DNA of 64,000 nucleotides from NCBI RefSeq assembly GCF_988243305.1, contig NZ_OZ547136.1; one strand, 5' to 3'. Shown piece by piece: positions 60,317 to 64,000 of this stretch (position 1 is its first letter; each line of letters starts with the position of its first letter). The notes under the pieces were generated by a model. It saw only the letters and a program-made list of their open reading frames with translations, ran no database searches and was not told where the DNA came from. The position numbers and the translations under genes were made by a program.

Positions 60317-62608
60317 TTAACCTTCACGTTCTACCACTTTAATTTCCACCATGCCGATCCCGAGCTTACGCGGCGAGTGTCCGAGGATATTCCCTTCGTT
60401 GGTTGAGACAGGTTCCGGCGGCACAATTACCAGCGTGTCGGCATCGGTTGGGTTATCGAAATGCAGCGTGGTGGTGGTCACTTCATTGCCCAGCACAAGA
60501 GTTTGTTCTTCATTGCCTACGCGTACCGGAATAGGACGGCTGGCGTTATTGCCGTATGCTTTGGCGGTAATCACCAGGTCAAATTTCTTCGGCAGCGGAT
60601 GCTTGTACTCGATTTTTACTTCGTCGCCCAGTTGCGCGTTGGACCAGCGGCCCCACGACTCCGGACGGGAAATCCCGCTAAACTGTTTCACCTCTTCTGG
60701 CGCACCGGCGACGTTAAAGATGAAACTGTCGGCTTTGTAGCGAATATCGTTATCAACAATCTTCAGCGTATCGACATTGCCTTTGTAACGCGCCATGTCG
60801 ATGACCGTATCTTTAAATGCCGTTTTGCCCTTCCATGTTGTTTTATCAACATGCTGGACAATTTGCTGACCGCCAAGCTGCCCTTGCGAGACACACCAGT
60901 CGGTGGAAAGTGCCAGTTCCGGAGCCCAGAGTTGTGCCATCTTATAGCAACGGTCAACCCAGACGAAATTGTCGCGTGGAGCGAAATCGGCCAGCTGGAA
61001 ACGCAGCGGTGCTGAGTATTCACTTTCCGGCAGCGGTTCTACGCGCTTGTCTGAAACCCGCAACAGCAGCGGCAAACGGAAATGGCTACCCGAGAAGGCA
61101 ATCATGTTTTTCTGCTGGTCGATGGTGAACTCTTTCATCTCTTTAGGGAATTTCCACAGGCGGATGATATCCGGCTTCCACGCCAATGTTTTCTCTTTGA
61201 TATTGAGGAAGATTTCCGACATCGACTGCCCGGATAAACTGCTACGACCAAGTCCGAGATAGTTATCGCCACCGAGAATGTCCAGCACCGTCGCGCCGTT
61301 ATCCATCGTGTTACGCTTCACTGCCAGCGTCTCTTGCTGCGGCTTGTCGCCACGGATGACAAAAAACAGGTTATTGCGATCCTGCTTATTAAGGTATTTC
61401 CACGCCGTGTTGTTCATCGCTAAATGGTCAGAAGAGACGACGATAACAGTATCTTTAAACCACGGTGACGCTTTGATTTTGTTGATAAACGTCGCGATAT
61501 TCTCCTGGCTGCAACTTACCGCGCTGAATGACTGATTCGGCTTACCGTCAAAATCATATTTTTTGCGGTTACAGGTACGCGAGATAAAACCATCCGGGTG
61601 ATGGGTATCGACTGTCAGGGTAAACAGTGAGAATCGCTGACCTGAGCGGGAAAGCTCTTCAAACTTTTTCCACGCTTCATCGAGAACGGTATCGTCGTAG
61701 AATCCCCAGTCGTTGCGATAGTGCGGGTCGGCCACCACGCTTTTCAGCTCTTCTGAGCCGTATAAGTGGTCGAAGCCATGCGACTTCAGGAACACATCTT
61801 TACCGGCAAAACGCAGATTCGCGCCCTGCACGAAATAGTTCTGATAACCCGAGTTTTTCAGGATATCGCCCAGACAGATGTTCTGCGGGAAGAAGCTGGA
61901 GACAGAAGCGGAGGCGTTGCCTTCAAAGGGGGCAAAAAGCGGAATGCCACACTGAGAAGCCACCATGCCCGCAATCGTGTAATCTGTTCCCGGCAGCTGC
62001 TGCGTGTGGCTGAAATCCAGGCCTTCATTTTTCAACGCGCCCAGTTCAGGCGTGAGATCCGGGAAAGCCTCGTTATCAAAATAGGTCCGCTCGAGACTTT
62101 CGCCGTAGATATAAACCAGGTTGAGTTTCGGGTCAGGGATAGTTTTCGACGGCTCTTTATAATAAGCCGCAAAGTCCGGGTCGCCGTCGCGTGACTGGGA
62201 TTTCACCAGTTCCGTTATCTGACGAAATGCCGGGCTGGCATCCACTGAGCCCAGCGCCAGTAAGAGTGCCAGCAGGCTGTAACCAAAATGGTGCGGATGA
62301 TGGCGACGACGGCGCAGGATCCAGCCCAGCGCACCGAACACCGCTGTCAGCCCCAGCACAATGCCGATACCCGGAAGAATGTATTTGCTGACGCCAGCAC
62401 CGGTCAGGCTGTTGGTTAAGGTATAGAGAACCGCGTCGTTAATACCATCGCCTGTAAAATAGTCGCTGGCAAACAGGGTGATATTTAAAACGACAAATAG
62501 CCCCAGCACCGTTAACGTGGCTGCAAACCACCAGGTGTTACGTCCCGCTTTCCATGCGTAAATCAGCACAGAGGCGAGAAAAAGGGCGAAAGAGAGTAGT
62601 TCTGACAA
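60317..62608 (-). CDS. opgB: Phosphoglycerol transferase I (osmoregulated periplasmic glucan biosynthesis), 763 aa
   Basis: A 763-aa ORF with N-terminal transmembrane helices and a sulfatase-like periplasmic domain. Length and position match MdoB/OpgB. Confidence 0.9.
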   Translation of the reverse strand: MSELLSFALFLASVLIYAWKAGRNTWWFAATLTVLGLFVVLNITLFASDYFTGDGINDAVLYTLTNSLTGAGVSKYILPGIGIVLGLTAVFGALGWILRRRRHHPHHFGYSLLALLLALGSVDASPAFRQITELVKSQSRDGDPDFAAYYKEPSKTIPDPKLNLVYIYGESLERTYFDNEAFPDLTPELGALKNEGLDFSHTQQLPGTDYTIAGMVASQCGIPLFAPFEGNASASVSSFFPQNICLGDILKNSGYQNYFVQGANLRFAGKDVFLKSHGFDHLYGSEELKSVVADPHYRNDWGFYDDTVLDEAWKKFEELSRSGQRFSLFTLTVDTHHPDGFISRTCNRKKYDFDGKPNQSFSAVSCSQENIATFINKIKASPWFKDTVIVVSSDHLAMNNTAWKYLNKQDRNNLFFVIRGDKPQQETLAVKRNTMDNGATVLDILGGDNYLGLGRSSLSGQSMSEIFLNIKEKTLAWKPDIIRLWKFPKEMKEFTIDQQKNMIAFSGSHFRLPLLLRVSDKRVEPLPESEYSAPLRFQLADFAPRDNFVWVDRCYKMAQLWAPELALSTDWCVSQGQLGGQQIVQHVDKTTWKGKTAFKDTVIDMARYKGNVDTLKIVDNDIRYKADSFIFNVAGAPEEVKQFSGISRPESWGRWSNAQLGDEVKIEYKHPLPKKFDLVITAKAYGNNASRPIPVRVGNEEQTLVLGNEVTTTTLHFDNPTDADTLVIVPPEPVSTNEGNILGHSPRKLGIGMVEIKVVEREG

Positions 62609-62861
62609 CGGGCGATCCTCACTAAACCGGGCCGTTTAGCCAACGTTTAAGCTTTTTGAGAAGCACAATGTAATGGCGTCGCCATATTGCTGCAATTCTA
62701 GTGTCAAAAAAATGCGATGTTGTTAGGAATTAGTTTATAAACAGACTTTTTTGATTACGGTCGCTTCCCGTGTAACAGGGGGAAAACCGTCCAGGAGCAG
62801 GGAAAAGGGCAGGAGAGAGCCGCGTCAGCCGGGTAACAGCTAAAACGCGGCGTTTCGCGGT

Positions 62862-63359
62862 TCAGGAAATGAAGTTCAGCCCCTGCTTTAACACCAGATC
62901 GCAGGCTTTGGTTTTCACCTTTTCTGCCAGCGGAGTCGTTCCGATATTATCCAGATTGAGTTGCTGACCATCTTTAGTTTTCAGCAAACCCTGAATGCCA
63001 TCCAGATAGTTGGTGTCTTCTTTTTGCTCTTCACTGTTCAGGCCCAGTTTTTCCAGTACCTGATTCTTGATGTTTTCGGCATCGGTTACCGAAGCCAGCT
63101 TTTGCTTCGCGCAGTATTGCAGAATGCCTGCGGCGTTGTTCATGTTATCTGCGCTTAAGGCCTGGTTCCCGCTGCTAAGCAAGTTAGTTAATGACGCGAG
63201 CGACCAACCGCCTTCCTGTGTCGTGCTGTTTTGGTTGCCAAGTTCGCTGGCGGCGCTGGAGAGCGCATCTTTCCAGGACGCAGCATGCACCCCGGTGGAA
63301 ATTAATGCGCTGGCGGCAATGGCACAGCACAGAAGATGTTTAACAGTTTTCATCATCAT
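62862..63359 (-). CDS. yjjA: Periplasmic DUF2501 protein YjjA, about 164 aa
   Basis: Signal peptide MKTVKHLLCCAIAASALISTGVHA. Its position lies between opgB and dnaC. Confidence 0.8.
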   Translation of the reverse strand: MMMKTVKHLLCCAIAASALISTGVHAASWKDALSSAASELGNQNSTTQEGGWSLASLTNLLSSGNQALSADNMNNAAGILQYCAKQKLASVTDAENIKNQVLEKLGLNSEEQKEDTNYLDGIQGLLKTKDGQQLNLDNIGTTPLAEKVKTKACDLVLKQGLNFIS

Positions 63360-63404
63360 TACTCAAGGTGGAATTGTGTCGCAGTATACCGCCAGAAACG
63401 GAGA

Positions 63405-64000
63405 TTAATACTCTTTACCCGTTACCCGGCTACGGTAGCTATCCCAGTTGAAGATCACCCACAAACTGTTACCCAGGCGCATACGGTCCATCACGCGTTC
63501 GCCCAGCAACTTGGTCATCTCTTCCATATTACTGTTGGTCAGCATCCCGGTTGGGCGTTTGGAAGAAGAGCGGCGATCGACGATCTGGTTGATGATCACT
63601 TTTTCGTATTTCGATTCGGTTTGCACGCCGATCTCATCGATCACCAGCAGATCAACATTGCTCAGATCGTTAAGCAGTTGTTCTTCGCTGGTACCGCTAT
63701 TCCTGAAGGTATCTTTCATCGCCGACATAATATCGGCCACGGTGATGATCAATACGGATTTACCGCGTAGCAGCAGCTCGTTGCAGATTGCCGCCGCCAG
63801 ATGGTTTTTGCCGGTTCCTGGCTTACCAGAAAAGATGAAGCTGGCGATGTTGCCGTCAAACTCTTCGACATACTGGCGCGCTTTGCTTAACGCATTCATT
63901 TGCCCTTCACACTCAACGCGATAGTTCTCAAAGGAGCAGTTCTGATGCAGTGGACGAATACCGGAGCGGTTAAAGGTGCGCTGCATTTTCATCGCCCGAT
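63405..64000 (-). CDS. dnaC: DNA replication helicase loader DnaC (partial, N-terminus beyond window end)
   Basis: AAA+ Walker A GKPGTGKNHLAAAI and Walker B DLLVIDEIG. The C-terminus …LWVIFNWDSYRSRVTGKEY matches DnaC. Confidence 0.85.
   Translation of the reverse strand, partial: RAMKMQRTFNRSGIRPLHQNCSFENYRVECEGQMNALSKARQYVEEFDGNIASFIFSGKPGTGKNHLAAAICNELLLRGKSVLIITVADIMSAMKDTFRNSGTSEEQLLNDLSNVDLLVIDEIGVQTESKYEKVIINQIVDRRSSSKRPTGMLTNSNMEEMTKLLGERVMDRMRLGNSLWVIFNWDSYRSRVTGKEY

Overview
This is an Enterobacteriaceae chromosomal segment with the gene order of the E. coli uxuAB/uxuR … yji … tsr … opgB … dnaC region (K-12 b4322–b4361). Gene identities were assigned from memory of K-12 protein lengths and sequences and from motifs visible in the supplied translations. 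I ran no database search.

Conserved backbone genes (numbers are start..end window coordinates on the indicated strand): uxuA 3' end, uxuB, uxuR, yjiC, iraD, yjiE/hypT, iadA, yjiG, yjiH, kptA, yjiJ, yjiK, yjiL, yjiM, yjiN, mdtM, frameshifted rpnD, yjiR, yjiS, yjiA, yjiX, btsT (yjiY), tsr, lgoT/lgoR/lgoD (yjjLMN), opgB, yjjA and partial dnaC.

Relative to my recollection of K-12, the window carries several accessory insertions:
- a 1746-aa intimin/invasin-type inverse autotransporter between kptA and yjiJ;
- a low-GC 720-aa pentapeptide-repeat protein with a C-terminal 24-bp in-frame tandem-repeat array between yjiK and yjiL;
- the complete hpa (4-hydroxyphenylacetate catabolism) island between btsT and tsr, with an extra secreted metallo-beta-lactamase-fold hydrolase between hpaA and hpaB;
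- a completely different 'immigration control region' between yjiS and yjiA.

The immigration control region here holds a Type I restriction-modification operon in hsdM-hsdS-hsdR order with translationally overlapped junctions; its HsdM is 784 aa. Downstream sits an orphan, very AT-rich 5-transmembrane protein gene. On the other strand is a three-gene module: a DUF262/DUF1524 (GmrSD-like) nuclease, a Fic/Doc-fold protein whose catalytic His is replaced by Gln (QxFxDGNKR), and a BrnA-like antitoxin-type protein with no BrnT partner. This defence island is the most likely place for an undescribed system.

Regulatory elements visible in sequence include a near-consensus sigma-28 promoter upstream of tsr, BtsR-type direct repeats upstream of btsT, several REP/BIME palindromes and several hairpin terminators.
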